43,492 nucleotides of DNA from Bacteroidales bacterium (GCA_007132585.1 SLOJ01000086.1:1-43492); one strand, 5' to 3'; positions 1-11,929 are shown, numbered from the stretch's first letter. A program made the numbers and translations. Notes: generated from the sequence alone by a model not told the origin.

Positions 1-99
1 CCTGACCACTGACCTGATTTGAGAGCAGAACTAAAACAAAAATCGGTAACAATAAGAAATTCCTGATCCTGAAAATTAAATTCACAGTTAAATATTAAT

Positions 100-141
100 T
101 TAAAAAATTGAAAAAAGGCGGCATTTTGTAAACACCGCCTT
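100..141 (-). terminator. Rho-independent terminator downstream of eno
   Basis: Hairpin AAGGCGG (115-121) / CCGCCTT (135-141) with a 13-nt loop. On the minus strand it is followed by TTTTCAATTTTTT. It lies about 30 nt after the eno stop. Confidence 0.7.
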
Positions 142-172
142 TGTTTATAAGTTCAGAAAACCTGAAACCTTA

Positions 173-1468
<1,296 letters not shown>

Positions 1469-1540
1469 CTAAAATTTTTAAAAGTTAAATTTAATCCTTT
1501 GGTTCCAATAATCTCTAAAAATATAAAATTCTTTCAAAAT

Positions 1541-1580
1541 CAAAATAAAAAAGAGGATAAAGCTAATGTTAACTTTATCC
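1541..1580 (-). terminator. Rho-independent terminator after rplQ (end of alpha operon)
   Basis: 8-bp stem GGATAAAG (1555-1562) / CTTTATCC (1573-1580) with a 10-nt loop. The minus strand continues TCTTTTTTATTTTG. Confidence 0.7.
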
Positions 1581-1686
1581 CCCGTTAAATTTTTAAACCC
1601 GAATTATTCTGTTAAAAAACCGCATTAATAGGTACTTGCATTTTTAAAACGATAAAAAATATACGGGTTAATATCTGTGTATAAAG

Positions 1687-2550
1687 TTACTTATCTTCTT
1701 TTTTCTCAGATGTATCATCAGCGCTGTTGCCACCTTCAGTTTTAGAATCATCCTTCGGCTCCGCTTTGGGTTCTTCCTTCTTCTCAGCTTTGGGTTCTTC
1801 CTTCTTCTCAGCCTTGGGTTCTTCTTTCTTCTCAGTCTTAGGTTCTTCTTTCTTCTCAGTCTTAGGTTCTTCCTTCTTCTCAGCCTTAGGCTCTTCTTTC
1901 TTCTCAGCCTTAGGCTCTTCTTTCTCTTCTTCCTTAGCTTCAGGTTTCTCTTCTAAATCTTTGGTATCTTCGGCTTTAACCTCAGCTGCTGCATCAACTT
2001 GTTCCGGACTTGCATCTGTTACATCAACGTCTTTGGCTTCTTTTATTTCTTCTGCATTTTCAGCTACTTCGTCAACCGGCTTCTCTTCAGTTTTAGGAGC
2101 AGCAGCTTTGGGTGAAGCATCTGTTGATTTCTTACCACGTCGGCTTCTGCGGGTTCTCCTTGCAGAATCTTCAGTTGTTTTCAACATGTTGGTATTATAA
2201 TCAACAAGTTCAATGAAGCACATTTCGGCTGCATCACCAGGACGAAAACCTGTTTTCAGAATTCTTGTGTAACCACCAGGTCTGGTGGCAATTTTTTGAG
2301 ATACTTCTCTGAAAAGTTCACTTACTGCATACTTATTCTGAAGATATGTAAAAACAGTACGGCGCGAGTGTGTTGAATCTTCTTTTGATTTTGTAATCAA
2401 AGGCTCAACATAAACACGCAAAGCTTTTGCTTTAGCTACTGTAGTAAAAATCCTCTTATGTAAAATAAGGGAAGATGCCATATTGGAGAGCATGGCTTTT
2501 CTGTGTTGAGTTTTTCTTCCCAGGTGATTTAATTTTTTTCTGTGTCTCAT
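1687..2550 (-). CDS. rplQ: 50S ribosomal protein L17 with a ~165-aa low-complexity C-terminal extension
   Basis: 287-aa [40 protein letters not shown] is an L17 N-terminus. It follows rpoA as expected. The tail is K/E/P/A-rich with (EKKEEPKA/T) repeats. Confidence 0.95.
   Translation of the reverse strand: MRHRKKLNHLGRKTQHRKAMLSNMASSLILHKRIFTTVAKAKALRVYVEPLITKSKEDSTHSRRTVFTYLQNKYAVSELFREVSQKIATRPGGYTRILKTGFRPGDAAEMCFIELVDYNTNMLKTTEDSARRTRRSRRGKKSTDASPKAAAPKTEEKPVDEVAENAEEIKEAKDVDVTDASPEQVDAAAEVKAEDTKDLEEKPEAKEEEKEEPKAEKKEEPKAEKKEEPKTEKKEEPKTEKKEEPKAEKKEEPKAEKKEEPKAEPKDDSKTEGGNSADDTSEKKEDK
1764..1931 (-). repeat. About 7 tandem copies of a 24-nt unit inside rplQ
   Basis: + strand unit CTTTGGGTTCTTCCTTCTTCTCAG and near-identical variants start at 1764, 1788, 1812, 1836, 1860, 1884 and 1908. 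They encode EKKEEPK(A/T) on the minus strand. Confidence 0.9.
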
Positions 2551-2555
2551 TTCAA

Positions 2556-3548
2556 CTAATCCTTATCTAATTTGTATTTTGAAAGATTCATGCCAAAACT
2601 AAGGTTTTTGGACTTAATAAGTTCCTCCAGCTCTGTAAGGGATTTCTTACCAAAGTTTCTGAATTTAAGCAAATCATGCTTATTGAGCGAAACAAGATCG
2701 GCAAGAGTTTCAACGTCGGCTGCTTTAAGGCAGTTCAAAGCCCTTACGCTAAGATCCAGGTCAACAAGTTTTGTTTTTAATAACTGCCTCATGTGTAGTG
2801 AAGTTTCATCAAACTCTTCACTTGTTGCTTTTTCTTCTGTATCAAGAGTAATTTTCTCATCAGAAAACAACATGAAGTGGAAGATCAGGATTTTAGCAGC
2901 TTCTTTCAGTGCGTCTTTCGGAGTTATAGATCCGTCAGTTAAAATCTCCAATACAAGTTTTTCATAGTCTGTCTTTTGTTCAACACGATAATCTTCTACG
3001 AAAAACTTGACATTTTTTATGGGAGTAAAAATTGAGTCTATTGCTATTTGACCTATAACCGGGTTAAGGGGTTTGTTCTCTTCTGCAGGAACATAACCTC
3101 TACCCTTTTCAATGGTGAACTCAATATTCAAATCTACTGAAGGTTCCATATGACAAAGAACCACGTCAGTATTTATTACCTGAAAATTTGATAAAAAGTT
3201 ATTCAGATCACCTGCTTTTAACATTTCCTTTCCTGAAATATTTACAGTTATCTTTTCGCTGTCTTCTTCTTCAACCTTTTGCTTAAACCTGATTTGTTTG
3301 AAGTTAAGAATCATTTCGGTAACATCCTCAACGACTCCCTTAATGGTTGAAAATTCATGCTCAACTCCCTCTATACGAACTGAAGTTATAGCAAAACCTT
3401 CAAGGGATGAAAGCAGAATTCTCCTCAATGAATTGCCTACAGTTATACCGTAGCCCGGTTCAAGGGGACGAAATTCAAATTTTCCGTAACTCCCGTCAGA
3501 TTCGAGCATGATAACCTTATCCGGTTTTTGAAAAGCTAATATTGCCAT
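2556..3548 (-). CDS. rpoA: DNA-directed RNA polymerase subunit alpha
   Basis: 330-aa ORF. The N-terminal assembly domain starts [12 protein letters not shown]. The C-terminal [21 protein letters not shown] is alpha-CTD-like. It sits between rpsD and rplQ. Confidence 0.97.
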   Translation of the reverse strand: MAILAFQKPDKVIMLESDGSYGKFEFRPLEPGYGITVGNSLRRILLSSLEGFAITSVRIEGVEHEFSTIKGVVEDVTEMILNFKQIRFKQKVEEEDSEKITVNISGKEMLKAGDLNNFLSNFQVINTDVVLCHMEPSVDLNIEFTIEKGRGYVPAEENKPLNPVIGQIAIDSIFTPIKNVKFFVEDYRVEQKTDYEKLVLEILTDGSITPKDALKEAAKILIFHFMLFSDEKITLDTEEKATSEEFDETSLHMRQLLKTKLVDLDLSVRALNCLKAADVETLADLVSLNKHDLLKFRNFGKKSLTELEELIKSKNLSFGMNLSKYKLDKD

Positions 3549-3591
3549 TTATATTGGTTTTTTTATGATACGATAAAATCGATTCTAATTA

Positions 3592-4197
3592 TTACTTGGA
3601 GTATAATTCCACGATGAGTTGTTCCTTGATATTCTCAGGAATCATTTCCCTTTCGGGCATACTCAGAAATTTTCCTTCAAGTTTTTCTGTATCCCATTCT
3701 AACCATGAATAGGTATTTACTCTGCCGCTAAGTGATTCGGTAATAACTTCAAGACTTTTTGATTTTTCTCTTACGCCAACAATATCTCCGGGGCGAAGAG
3801 TATATGATGGAATATTTACTATTTCACCATTTACAGTAATATGCCTGTGGCCTACCAATTGGCGTGCTGCGCGTCTGCTGGGTGCAATTCCAATGCGAAA
3901 AACAGTATTATCAAGTCTTGCTTCAAGTAATTGCAACAGAATTTCACCTGTAATACCTTTTTTACGGGTAGCTTTTTCAAACAGGTTTGCAAATTGCTTT
4001 TCAAGTAAACCATATGTATACTTGGCTTTTTGTTTTTCCTGCAGCTGAATGCCATACTCTGACTGTTTCTTTCTTCTTTTATTGGCACCATGCATCCCCG
4101 GGGGATACTTCTTTTTTTCAAATGCTTTATCGGCTCCGAAAATTGCATCTCCGAATTTACGTGCAATTTTAGTTTGTGGTCCTCTATATCTTGCCAT
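3592..4197 (-). CDS. rpsD: 30S ribosomal protein S4
   Basis: 201-aa ORF with [17 protein letters not shown]-terminus, in the conserved alpha-operon position. Confidence 0.97.
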   Translation of the reverse strand: MARYRGPQTKIARKFGDAIFGADKAFEKKKYPPGMHGANKRRKKQSEYGIQLQEKQKAKYTYGLLEKQFANLFEKATRKKGITGEILLQLLEARLDNTVFRIGIAPSRRAARQLVGHRHITVNGEIVNIPSYTLRPGDIVGVREKSKSLEVITESLSGRVNTYSWLEWDTEKLEGKFLSMPEREMIPENIKEQLIVELYSK

Positions 4198-4244
4198 AAT
4201 TTCTCGTAATATTCTTTAGGTTATAAAAGTTGTTTGTTAATAAA

Positions 4245-4643
4245 TTAAACTCTTCTCCTTTTTGGAGGACGACAACCGTTGTGCGGAAGTGGTGTTACAT
4301 CAACAATTTCAATAACTTCAATTCCTGATGCATGAATCGTTCTGATAGCAGATTCACGACCTGAACCGGGTCCTTTAACAAACACTTTTACTTTGCGTAA
4401 ACCAGCGTCATATGCAATCTTTGCAGCATCAGTTGCTGCCATTTGCCCTGCGTAAGGGGTATTCTTTTTAGAACCTCTGAATCCCATTTTACCAGCAGAA
4501 GCCCAGGAAATAACCTGACCGCTATTGTTGGTGAGAGATATGATAATGTTGTTGAAAGATGCAAAAATATGCGCTTGTCCAACAGGTTCTACCTTTACTA
4601 CGCGTTTCTTCGAACTACGTGTACCTCTTGTTTGTTTTGCCAT
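4245..4643 (-). CDS. rpsK: 30S ribosomal protein S11
   Basis: 132-aa ORF with [18 protein letters not shown] and [13 protein letters not shown] motifs. Confidence 0.97.
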   Translation of the reverse strand: MAKQTRGTRSSKKRVVKVEPVGQAHIFASFNNIIISLTNNSGQVISWASAGKMGFRGSKKNTPYAGQMAATDAAKIAYDAGLRKVKVFVKGPGSGRESAIRTIHASGIEVIEIVDVTPLPHNGCRPPKRRRV

Positions 4644-4723
4644 AATTATTCTTAAGTAATTTCTCTGATCAAGCAGCTGATAAAAGATTTCTAAAATAAT
4701 GCGCTGCTTCTTTAAACATTATT

Positions 4724-5101
4724 TTATTTGGTAGCTTTCTTTTTATTCGCAACAGTTTTCTTTTTCCCTTTACGTGTGCGGGCATTATTTTTGGTTTTTT
4801 GCCCACGCAAAGGAAGTCCGATTCTGTGACGAATCCCCCTGTACGAACCAATGTCCATAAGCCTTTTGATGTTCATCTGAACTTCTGATCTCAAACCACC
4901 TTCAACTTTGTAATTATCATTGATGATATTACGGATTGAAGTAACCTGATCATCATTCCATTCCTGAACTTTGATACTAAAATCAACACCGGCTTCAGTT
5001 AGGATTTTTTGTGCTGTGCTACGACCGATTCCAAAGATATAAGTCAGGGCGATTTCGCCTCTCTTATTTTTAGGGATATCAATTCCTGCAATACGTGCCA
5101 T
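4724..5101 (-). CDS. rpsM: 30S ribosomal protein S13
   Basis: 125-aa ORF with [15 protein letters not shown]-terminus. Confidence 0.97.
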   Translation of the reverse strand: MARIAGIDIPKNKRGEIALTYIFGIGRSTAQKILTEAGVDFSIKVQEWNDDQVTSIRNIINDNYKVEGGLRSEVQMNIKRLMDIGSYRGIRHRIGLPLRGQKTKNNARTRKGKKKTVANKKKATK

Positions 5102-5131
5102 ATGATTTTTATTGATTTAAATTTCCGAAAA

Positions 5132-5248
5132 TTATCCCTGACGTTGTTTAAACTTAGGGTTTTTCTTATTAATAACGTATACTTTGCCCTTGCGACGTAC
5201 AATTTTACATTCGGGGCTTCTCTTTTTAACAGACACTCTTACTTTCAT
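5132..5248 (-). CDS. rpmJ: 50S ribosomal protein L36 (single-Cys, non-zinc form)
   Basis: Not in the ORF track. Hand translation of the minus strand from ATG 5248 to TAA 5132 gives [38 protein letters not shown] (38 aa). It lies between infA and rpsM as expected. Confidence 0.93.
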   Translation of the reverse strand: MKVRVSVKKRSPECKIVRRKGKVYVINKKNPKFKQRQG

Positions 5249-5282
5249 TTCGCAATTTTTAGGCGTGTTAAGTAAATTTCAA

Positions 5283-5501
5283 TTATTTGTACCTGAAGGA
5301 AATTCTTCCTTTGGTTAGATCGTAAGGCGACATCTCTACTTTTACTTTATCTCCTGGCAATATTTTAATATAATGCATACGCATTTTGCCTGAGATATGC
5401 GCAGTAATAACGTGACCATTTTCAAGCTCTACACGAAACATAGCATTTCCGAGAGATTCAATTACGGTTCCGTCTTGTTGTATCGATGGTTGTTTTGCCA
5501 T
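5283..5501 (-). CDS. infA: Translation initiation factor IF-1
   Basis: 72-aa [34 protein letters not shown]1-like IF-1. Confidence 0.96.
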   Translation of the reverse strand: MAKQPSIQQDGTVIESLGNAMFRVELENGHVITAHISGKMRMHYIKILPGDKVKVEMSPYDLTKGRISFRYK

Positions 5502-5504
5502 ACT

Positions 5505-6305
5505 TTACTGGATTATTAAACTGTTGTTATTATTGTTTTTGAGAGATTCTTGAATATATGCGAAAGAAGAAAGAATATCGGCCTTTTCCTTACGAACTGC
5601 AATTGTGTGTTCGTAATGAGCAGAAGGTTTTTGATCAGTAGTTCTGATGGTCCAGCCATCCTTTTCCTGAACAACAAACCTTTTGCCTAAATTTATCATA
5701 GGTTCAATAGCAATAACCAAACCCTGACGAAGCCTTAATCCTTTTCCCTTTTTGCCAAAATTCGGAACTTCGGGTGGTTCATGAAGATTTTTTCCCAATC
5801 CATGCCCCACCAGTTCTCTAACCACACTATATCCTGCATTCTCAGCATTACTTTGTATGGCATGGGAAATATCGCCCAGAGTGTTACCCTCAACAGCCTT
5901 CTCAATTCCGAGCATAAGGCATTGGTAAGTAACGTTTAGCAGCCGCCTGGTCGATTCATCAATTTCACCAATGGCAAAGGTATAAGCGCAATCGCCATAA
6001 TATCCATTCTTTAAGACTCCGCAGTCAATGGAAACAATGTCTCCTTCTTTAAGCTCCCTGTTTCCAGGAATTCCATGAACAATCTGTTCATTCGGAGAAA
6101 CACATAATGTTCCAGAGAACCCTTGGTATCCTTTAAATCCTGGAACAGCACCATTATCCCGGATAAATTCTTCGGCAATTTTATCCAGTTCAATGGTTTT
6201 GATTCCCGGGCGGATATTTTTAGCAACCTCACCTAAGGTTTTCGCAACAAGCAAAGAACTCTCTCGTATTAATTCTATTTCACTTTCTGACTTATATTCA
6301 ATCAT
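5505..6305 (-). CDS. map: Type I methionine aminopeptidase
   Basis: 266-aa ORF. Metal-ligand contexts are SIDCGV..YGDCAYT, VGHGLG, AIEPM and HYEHT. It follows secY directly (no adk), as is usual in Bacteroidota. Confidence 0.95.
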   Translation of the reverse strand: MIEYKSESEIELIRESSLLVAKTLGEVAKNIRPGIKTIELDKIAEEFIRDNGAVPGFKGYQGFSGTLCVSPNEQIVHGIPGNRELKEGDIVSIDCGVLKNGYYGDCAYTFAIGEIDESTRRLLNVTYQCLMLGIEKAVEGNTLGDISHAIQSNAENAGYSVVRELVGHGLGKNLHEPPEVPNFGKKGKGLRLRQGLVIAIEPMINLGKRFVVQEKDGWTIRTTDQKPSAHYEHTIAVRKEKADILSSFAYIQESLKNNNNNSLIIQ

Positions 6306-6315
6306 AAAGTACTTA

Positions 6316-7686
6316 TTAACCAGCCATTCCCATCATTCCTGATGCACGTCCTTTAATTCTTCCTGATTTTGTCAAACCATCATAATGGCGCATGAGTAAA
6401 TGACTTTCAATTTGTTGCAATGTATCAAGAACTACACCCACCATAATAAGTAGCGATGTGCCTCCAAAAAACTGAGCAAACTGACCTGTTACCCCCATTA
6501 AACTCACTATGGCCGGCATAATAGCTACAAATGCAAGAAACAGGGAACCGGGCAAAGTAATTCTTGACATTATATTGTCAATAAACTCAGCTGTTCTTTT
6601 GCCGGGCTTAACACCAGGAATAAATCCTCCGTTCTTTTTCATATCCTCTGCCATTTGATTCGGATTAACAGTAATAGCAGTATAGAAATATGTAAAGAGT
6701 ATAATCAAAATTGCAAAGGTGAAATTATACCAGAATCCGAGATAATTGGCAAAGGCAGCTGCAAAACCACTTAATGCCTCTGATTCAGTAAATCCTGCAA
6801 AAGTAATTGGAATAAACATAATGGCCTGAGCAAAGATGATAGGCATAACTCCAGCTGCATTAACCTTCAAAGGAATGTATTGCCTTACACCACCATATTG
6901 TTTGTTACCTACAACTCTCTTGGCAAACTGAACAGGTATTCTTCTGGTACCCTGTACAAGCATAATTGCCAATACAACAATACTCATAAGGATAACAAGT
7001 TCTACCAGGAAAATCACAAGACCACCGCCGCCGGTTTCTTCAACTCGTGCAACAAATTCTGCAGCAAGAGCAAATGGCAAATTGGCAATAATGCCTATCA
7101 TAATGATAAGAGATATTCCATTCCCAATACCTTTTTCAGTTATTCTTTCACCCAGCCACATGACAAACATAGTACCGGCTACCAAAATTACAACAGATGA
7201 TATAATAAAAAACGTCATGGAAGCTCCGGGATCACCATCAAACGGTGTAATCGCTGCACGGGGCAATTGTGAAGCCAGATTGGCAAGATAGGCTGGTGCC
7301 TGAGCACCGGTAATAATTACTGTAAGGTAACGTGTGATTTGATTTATCTTTTTCCTTCCGCTTTCACCCTCCTTTTGTAATTTCTGGAAATACGGGACTG
7401 CTACTCCTAAAAGCTGTACAACAATTGATGCACTAATATAAGGCATTATACCCAGTGCAAAAATGGAAGCATTAGCAAATGCACCACCGGAAAACATATT
7501 AAGCAGACCAAGCAAACCTTCTGATGACTGTGCCTGTAATGCATCCAGCTGGTGTGGGTCAACTCCGGGCAAAACAACGTATGACCCAAGTCGGTAAATT
7601 AATATAATGCCAAGGGTATTTATTATTCTTGTCCGTAAGTCTTCGATTCTGTAAATATTCTGCAGAGTCTGGAAAAATCTTTTCAT
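6316..7686 (-). CDS. secY: Preprotein translocase subunit SecY
   Basis: 456-aa polytopic membrane ORF at the end of the spc operon after rplO. Confidence 0.96.
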   Translation of the reverse strand: MKRFFQTLQNIYRIEDLRTRIINTLGIILIYRLGSYVVLPGVDPHQLDALQAQSSEGLLGLLNMFSGGAFANASIFALGIMPYISASIVVQLLGVAVPYFQKLQKEGESGRKKINQITRYLTVIITGAQAPAYLANLASQLPRAAITPFDGDPGASMTFFIISSVVILVAGTMFVMWLGERITEKGIGNGISLIIMIGIIANLPFALAAEFVARVEETGGGGLVIFLVELVILMSIVVLAIMLVQGTRRIPVQFAKRVVGNKQYGGVRQYIPLKVNAAGVMPIIFAQAIMFIPITFAGFTESEALSGFAAAFANYLGFWYNFTFAILIILFTYFYTAITVNPNQMAEDMKKNGGFIPGVKPGKRTAEFIDNIMSRITLPGSLFLAFVAIMPAIVSLMGVTGQFAQFFGGTSLLIMVGVVLDTLQQIESHLLMRHYDGLTKSGRIKGRASGMMGMAG

Positions 7687-7694
7687 TACGTAAT

Positions 7695-8141
7695 TTATAA
7701 AGTGTTTATTTTACCACCTTTGTCTTCAATAGCTTTTGTTGCTGTGGCGGAAAACTTATGCGCAGTTATTTCAACTTTCGCATTCAGTTCACCTCTGCCA
7801 AGAATCTTAACAAGATCTCTTGATGATACAAGACCATTTTCAGCTAATACTGCAGGATCAATAACGGTTATACCTTTGTTATCAACCAATTGCTGCAATT
7901 TATCAAGATTCACGGCAACATATTCAACACGGTTTCGATTTTTAAACCCAAATTTGGGTAATCTTCTTGACAGGGGCATTTGTCCACCTTCAAAACCTGC
8001 TTTACTACTGTATCCAGACCTTGATTTGGCACCTTTATGTCCTCTTGTTGATGTACCGCCACGTCCTGATCCCTGGCCACGGCCAATTCTTTTACGGGTT
8101 TTAACAGACCCTTTTGCTGGTTTAAGACTACTTAAATCCAT
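7695..8141 (-). CDS. rplO: 50S ribosomal protein L15
   Basis: 148-aa ORF with MDLSSLKPAKGS..RIGRGQGSGRGGTSTRGHKG, a glycine-rich L15 N-terminus. Confidence 0.96.
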   Translation of the reverse strand: MDLSSLKPAKGSVKTRKRIGRGQGSGRGGTSTRGHKGAKSRSGYSSKAGFEGGQMPLSRRLPKFGFKNRNRVEYVAVNLDKLQQLVDNKGITVIDPAVLAENGLVSSRDLVKILGRGELNAKVEITAHKFSATATKAIEDKGGKINTL

Positions 8142-8177
8142 TTTTTATATGCAAATTTAAAATTATTACCTGATAAA

Positions 8178-8363
8178 CTAAGCTTTAACTTCTTCAACCT
8201 CCACAAGATGCTTAACCTTGTCAATCATGCCTAAAACCTGTGGCGTACCATCAAGTGTAACAGGATTGTGAAGTTTACGTAACCCCAGTGCCTTCAATGT
8301 CCTTTTTTGTTTTTCCGGACGACCTATGGAACTACGGGTTTGTGATATCTTATACTTTTTCAT
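8178..8363 (-). CDS. rpmD: 50S ribosomal protein L30
   Basis: 61-aa [33 protein letters not shown]. Confidence 0.95.
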   Translation of the reverse strand: MKKYKISQTRSSIGRPEKQKRTLKALGLRKLHNPVTLDGTPQVLGMIDKVKHLVEVEEVKA

Positions 8364-8464
8364 TTTTTGTATCTGTTAAAAACTCATCAATGAGTTATCC
8401 AAATTTATGATATTTCAAAATACACTAAAACAGGCACGATTATTCCCATACCTGAATTTGTAAA
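8364..8464 (-). other. 101-nt spacer between rpsE and rpmD with a -7-like box and a hairpin plus U-run
   Basis: Minus strand reads ...CATAAATTTGGATAACTCATTGATGAGTTTTTAACAGATACAAAAA-ATG. The TAAATTTG box is at 8400-8407. The hairpin AACTCAT/ATGAGTT is at 8381-8396 and is followed by TTTTT. Confidence 0.3.
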
Positions 8465-8983
8465 TTATCCATTGAATACTTTTTCTACAGATATTCCTCT
8501 TTGTTGTGCAACAGTATAAGGATCTCTGAGTTTGGTTAAAGCATCAATTGTAGCTTTTACAACACTGTGCGGGTTGGAAGACCCTTTTGACTTGGCTAAA
8601 ACATCGGTAACGCCCACACTTTCAAGTACGGCACGCATGGCTCCGCCTGCAATTACACCTGTCCCGTGAGCTGCAGGGCGAATCAATACATTAGCACCGC
8701 TATACTTACCTTCCTGATAATGAGGAATAGTACCTTTGTGCACAGGAACTTTAATGAGGTGTTTTTTTGCATCGTCAATACCCTTACTGATAGCCGTAGT
8801 TACTTCTTTTGCTTTACCCAAGCCATAACCTACTACTCCGTTTTCGTTTCCGACTACAACAATGGCTGAAAAACTAAAAGTTCTACCACCCTTGGTAACT
8901 TTGGTAACACGTTGTATGCTTACCAATCTGTCTTTAAATTCAATTTCGCTGGATTTAACCTTTTTTACGTTTACGTTTGTCAT
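8465..8983 (-). CDS. rpsE: 30S ribosomal protein S5
   Basis: 172-aa ORF with [28 protein letters not shown], an S5 dsRBD motif. Confidence 0.97.
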   Translation of the reverse strand: MTNVNVKKVKSSEIEFKDRLVSIQRVTKVTKGGRTFSFSAIVVVGNENGVVGYGLGKAKEVTTAISKGIDDAKKHLIKVPVHKGTIPHYQEGKYSGANVLIRPAAHGTGVIAGGAMRAVLESVGVTDVLAKSKGSSNPHSVVKATIDALTKLRDPYTVAQQRGISVEKVFNG

Positions 8984-8987
8984 AGTC

Positions 8988-9347
8988 TTAGAATTTTAAA
9001 CCTCCTTCTCTGGCACCCTCTGCCAGAGATTTTATTCTACCGTGATACAAATAACCGTTACGATCAAAAACTACGTTTTCAATGCCGGCTTCTTTAGCTT
9101 TTTCAGCAAGTAATTTACCCACTTGCTTTGCTGCTTCAGTTTTGTTACCTTTTTTTTCTGCAAAAGCTTTATCGGTGCTTGATGCAGCTGCCAGGGTAAC
9201 TCCTTTATCATCATTTATCAATTGGGCATAAATTTGCTTATTACTTCTGAAAACAGACAACCTGGGCTTTTCATCTGATCCAAGTACTCTTTTGCGCACC
9301 CGGAACTTTATTTTAAGTCTTCTTTTATTTTTAAGTTTTGTTGCCAT
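8988..9347 (-). CDS. rplR: 50S ribosomal protein L18
   Basis: 119-aa ORF with [17 protein letters not shown] and [26 protein letters not shown]. Confidence 0.97.
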   Translation of the reverse strand: MATKLKNKRRLKIKFRVRKRVLGSDEKPRLSVFRSNKQIYAQLINDDKGVTLAAASSTDKAFAEKKGNKTEAAKQVGKLLAEKAKEAGIENVVFDRNGYLYHGRIKSLAEGAREGGLKF

Positions 9348-9376
9348 CTATCCGATGATTTAAAATGTTTTACTAT

Positions 9377-9937
9377 TTATTTAGCGGCAGCAGCTGATTT
9401 ACCTGCTTTACGTCGAATCACTTCACCCTGGAATCTTATACCTTTTCCTTTATAAGGCTCGGGTTTACGCATTGACCTTATCTTAGCAGCCACCTGACCG
9501 ATAAGCTGCTTGTCATGCGATTCCAGTATAATCAGCGGACTTTTACCTCTTTCAGTAACTGTTTCAACTTTTATTTCTTTAGGCAGCTCAATAAAGATAT
9601 TGTGTGAGTAGCCAAGTCCTAATTCAAGAAGTTGACCCTGGTTAGATGCTTTAAATCCAACTCCTACGAGTTCCTGCACAATTTTAAAACCTTCTGAAAC
9701 ACCAATAACCATATTATTGATAAGTGCACGATACAAGCCATGTAAAGCTTTATGCTTTTTTGTTTCTAAAGGACGTTCCAGATGCAAAATACCATCTTCA
9801 ATCTTGATAGTAATGCCTTCTTTAAGTTCTTGTTTTAACTCTCCCTTAGGACCTTTAACTGTAACAATATTATCATCGTCAACATTAATGGTTACGCCTG
9901 AGGGAATAGTAATGGGTGTTTTTCCTATTCTTGACAT
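9377..9937 (-). CDS. rplF: 50S ribosomal protein L6
   Basis: 186-aa ORF with MSRIGKTPITIPSGVTI N-terminus. Confidence 0.97.
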   Translation of the reverse strand: MSRIGKTPITIPSGVTINVDDDNIVTVKGPKGELKQELKEGITIKIEDGILHLERPLETKKHKALHGLYRALINNMVIGVSEGFKIVQELVGVGFKASNQGQLLELGLGYSHNIFIELPKEIKVETVTERGKSPLIILESHDKQLIGQVAAKIRSMRKPEPYKGKGIRFQGEVIRRKAGKSAAAAK

Positions 9938-9950
9938 TTTTTCTCTCCTT

Positions 9951-10349
9951 TTAGCTTACGTAACAAATAACTTCACCTCCAACACCCTCTTTGCGGGCTT
10001 CTTTGTCGGTGATTAAACCTTTGGATGTAGAAATTATAGCAATACCCAAACCGTTCATTACCCTCGGCAAGTCATTGTGGTTGCAGTATTTTCTAAGACC
10101 AGGCCTGCTGATTCTCTCCAAACTGCTAATGGCGGGGATTTTGGTTGAAGGATGATACTTAAGAGCTATTTTAATATTGCCTCCTTTATCATTTTCTTCA
10201 AACTTATAATTCAGGATATACCCTTTCTCAAAAAGGATTTTTGTCATTCCCTTTTTAAGATTCGATGCAGGAATTTCTACAATCCTGTGATTGGCCTTCA
10301 CGGCATTCCTTATTCTTGTAAGGTAATCTGCAATTGGATCAGTTGTCAT
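9951..10349 (-). CDS. rpsH: 30S ribosomal protein S8
   Basis: 132-aa ORF with [17 protein letters not shown]-terminus. Confidence 0.97.
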   Translation of the reverse strand: MTTDPIADYLTRIRNAVKANHRIVEIPASNLKKGMTKILFEKGYILNYKFEENDKGGNIKIALKYHPSTKIPAISSLERISRPGLRKYCNHNDLPRVMNGLGIAIISTSKGLITDKEARKEGVGGEVICYVS

Positions 10350-10377
10350 TTTAATTTAAAATAATAGTTTATGATTC

Positions 10378-10647
10378 TTACCAGCTGGCTTTTGTTACAC
10401 CGGGTATCAGCCCGTTATTTGCCATTTCCCGGAAGTTAATCCTGGAAATTCCAAATTGACGCATGTAACCTTTTGGTCTGCCAGTCAATTTACATCTGTT
10501 ATGCAATCTCACAGGAGAAGCGTTTTTAGGAAGCTTTTGCAATGCTTCATAATCTCCCTGAGCTTTGAGTTCGGCCCTTTTCTTTGCATATTTAGCAACC
10601 AGCCGTTCTCTTTTTCTTTCTCTAGCTTTCATTGATTCTTTAGCCAT
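10378..10647 (-). CDS. rpsN: 30S ribosomal protein S14 (long, non-zinc type)
   Basis: 89-aa ORF with [24 protein letters not shown] and C-terminal KASW. Confidence 0.96.
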   Translation of the reverse strand: MAKESMKARERKRERLVAKYAKKRAELKAQGDYEALQKLPKNASPVRLHNRCKLTGRPKGYMRQFGISRINFREMANNGLIPGVTKASW

Positions 10648-10659
10648 ATCCGGGAATTT

Positions 10660-11217
10660 TTATCTTTTTACGTTTTTAAATGGTACTCCGAATTCACGTA
10701 ATAATGAGTACGCTTCCTTATCGGTTTTTGCGGTAGTAACAAAAGTGATGTCCATACCCATAATCTTGTTGATTTTATCAATGTTGATTTCCGGGAAAAT
10801 TATTTGTTCGGGAACTCCTAATGTAAAGTTGCCACGTCCATCAAATCCTTTTTCGTTGATACCTCTGAAGTCGCGAATACGCGGAAGAGATACAGCAACA
10901 AGCCTGTCGAGAAATTCATACATTTTAATACCGCGCAGTGTTACACGTGCACCAATAGGCATACCCCGACGCAGTTTAAAGTTGGAAATATCTTTTTTTG
11001 ACTTGGTTTGTACCGCTTTCTGACCTGCAATAAGTGACATTTCTTCGATGGCAGTATCAATAACTTTCTTATCGGTAATTGCAATACCGAGCCCCTGGTT
11101 CAAACAAATCTTAACCAGTTTAGGGACTTCCATTGGATTCGAATATTTAAATTCAGAAGTGAGAGCAGGAATGATTTCCTTCTCATACTTACTTTGAAGT
11201 CTTGGTGTATAGCTCAT
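10660..11217 (-). CDS. rplE: 50S ribosomal protein L5
   Basis: 185-aa ORF. The ATG overlaps the rplX stop (TAATG at 11215-11219). It contains [16 protein letters not shown]. Confidence 0.97.
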   Translation of the reverse strand: MSYTPRLQSKYEKEIIPALTSEFKYSNPMEVPKLVKICLNQGLGIAITDKKVIDTAIEEMSLIAGQKAVQTKSKKDISNFKLRRGMPIGARVTLRGIKMYEFLDRLVAVSLPRIRDFRGINEKGFDGRGNFTLGVPEQIIFPEINIDKINKIMGMDITFVTTAKTDKEAYSLLREFGVPFKNVKR

Positions 11218-11537
11218 TACTTAATTACCTCCCCTGTCTTTTTAGAATAACGAACAAGTTTGTTATCATCATTTAACTTTCTACCAATTCTGGAGGCATT
11301 TCCTTTACCATCAATAACCAAAAGGTTTGAAATGTGTATAGGAGCCTCTTGTTTAACGATACCGCCCTGTGGATTAGCTGCATTGGGTTTTGTATGTTTG
11401 GAAATCATATTAAGACCTTCAATAAGGGCTCTCATTTTTTTCCTGTCAATAGACAAGACCTTACCTTGCTGGCCTCTTTCATTTCCTGCAATAACCTTAA
11501 CGATATCGCCTTTTTTAATATGTAATTTGGGTTGCAT
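11217..11537 (-). CDS. rplX: 50S ribosomal protein L24
   Basis: 106-aa ORF with the KOW motif [20 protein letters not shown]. Confidence 0.96.
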   Translation of the reverse strand: MQPKLHIKKGDIVKVIAGNERGQQGKVLSIDRKKMRALIEGLNMISKHTKPNAANPQGGIVKQEAPIHISNLLVIDGKGNASRIGRKLNDDNKLVRYSKKTGEVIK

Positions 11538-11558
11538 ATCTTACAAATAGTTTTTCAA

Positions 11559-11927
11559 TTAAAGCACTTCAGGTGCCAGTGAAACAATTTTCATAAACTG
11601 CTTTTCACGAAGTTCGCGGGCAACCGGTCCGAAAATACGGGTTCCTCTCATTTCTTCAGTGGCAGTTAAAAGAACTACTGCATTGTCGTCAAATTTTATA
11701 TACGAGCCGTCGGGTCGGCGCACATGTTTTTTTGTTCTGACAACAACAGCCTTGGATACGGTACCTTTTTTGATGTTTCCGCTGGGGATAGCATCTTTAA
11801 CAGAAACAATGATTTTATCACCAATACCTGCGTAACGGCGTTTGGTACCTCCCAGTACGCGTATACACAAAACTTCTCTGGCACCACTGTTATCTGCAAC
11901 CGACAATCTGGATTCTTGTTGTATCAT
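11559..11927 (-). CDS. rplN: 50S ribosomal protein L14
   Basis: 122-aa ORF with [27 protein letters not shown]. Confidence 0.98.
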   Translation of the reverse strand: MIQQESRLSVADNSGAREVLCIRVLGGTKRRYAGIGDKIIVSVKDAIPSGNIKKGTVSKAVVVRTKKHVRRPDGSYIKFDDNAVVLLTATEEMRGTRIFGPVARELREKQFMKIVSLAPEVL

Positions 11928-11929
11928 AA

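Noticed and set aside
1764-1931. Tandem 24-nt repeats as a possible CRISPR array
   Set aside because: The repeats are head-to-tail with no spacers, are in frame within rplQ, and encode an 8-aa peptide repeat. No cas genes are present in the window.
1727-2200. 157-aa + strand ORF (…[16 protein letters not shown]…)
   Set aside because: It is the antisense reading of the rplQ 24-nt repeat array. Its periodic low-complexity sequence is a by-product of the repeats, and it lies entirely inside a high-confidence gene.
11564-11578. Sigma-54-type promoter match TGGCAC-N5-GTGC on the minus strand
   Set aside because: It lies within the last codons of rplN (…LAPEVL), so the match is most simply explained by the conserved protein sequence. 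No long gap or independent evidence suggests a sigma-54 start before rplX.
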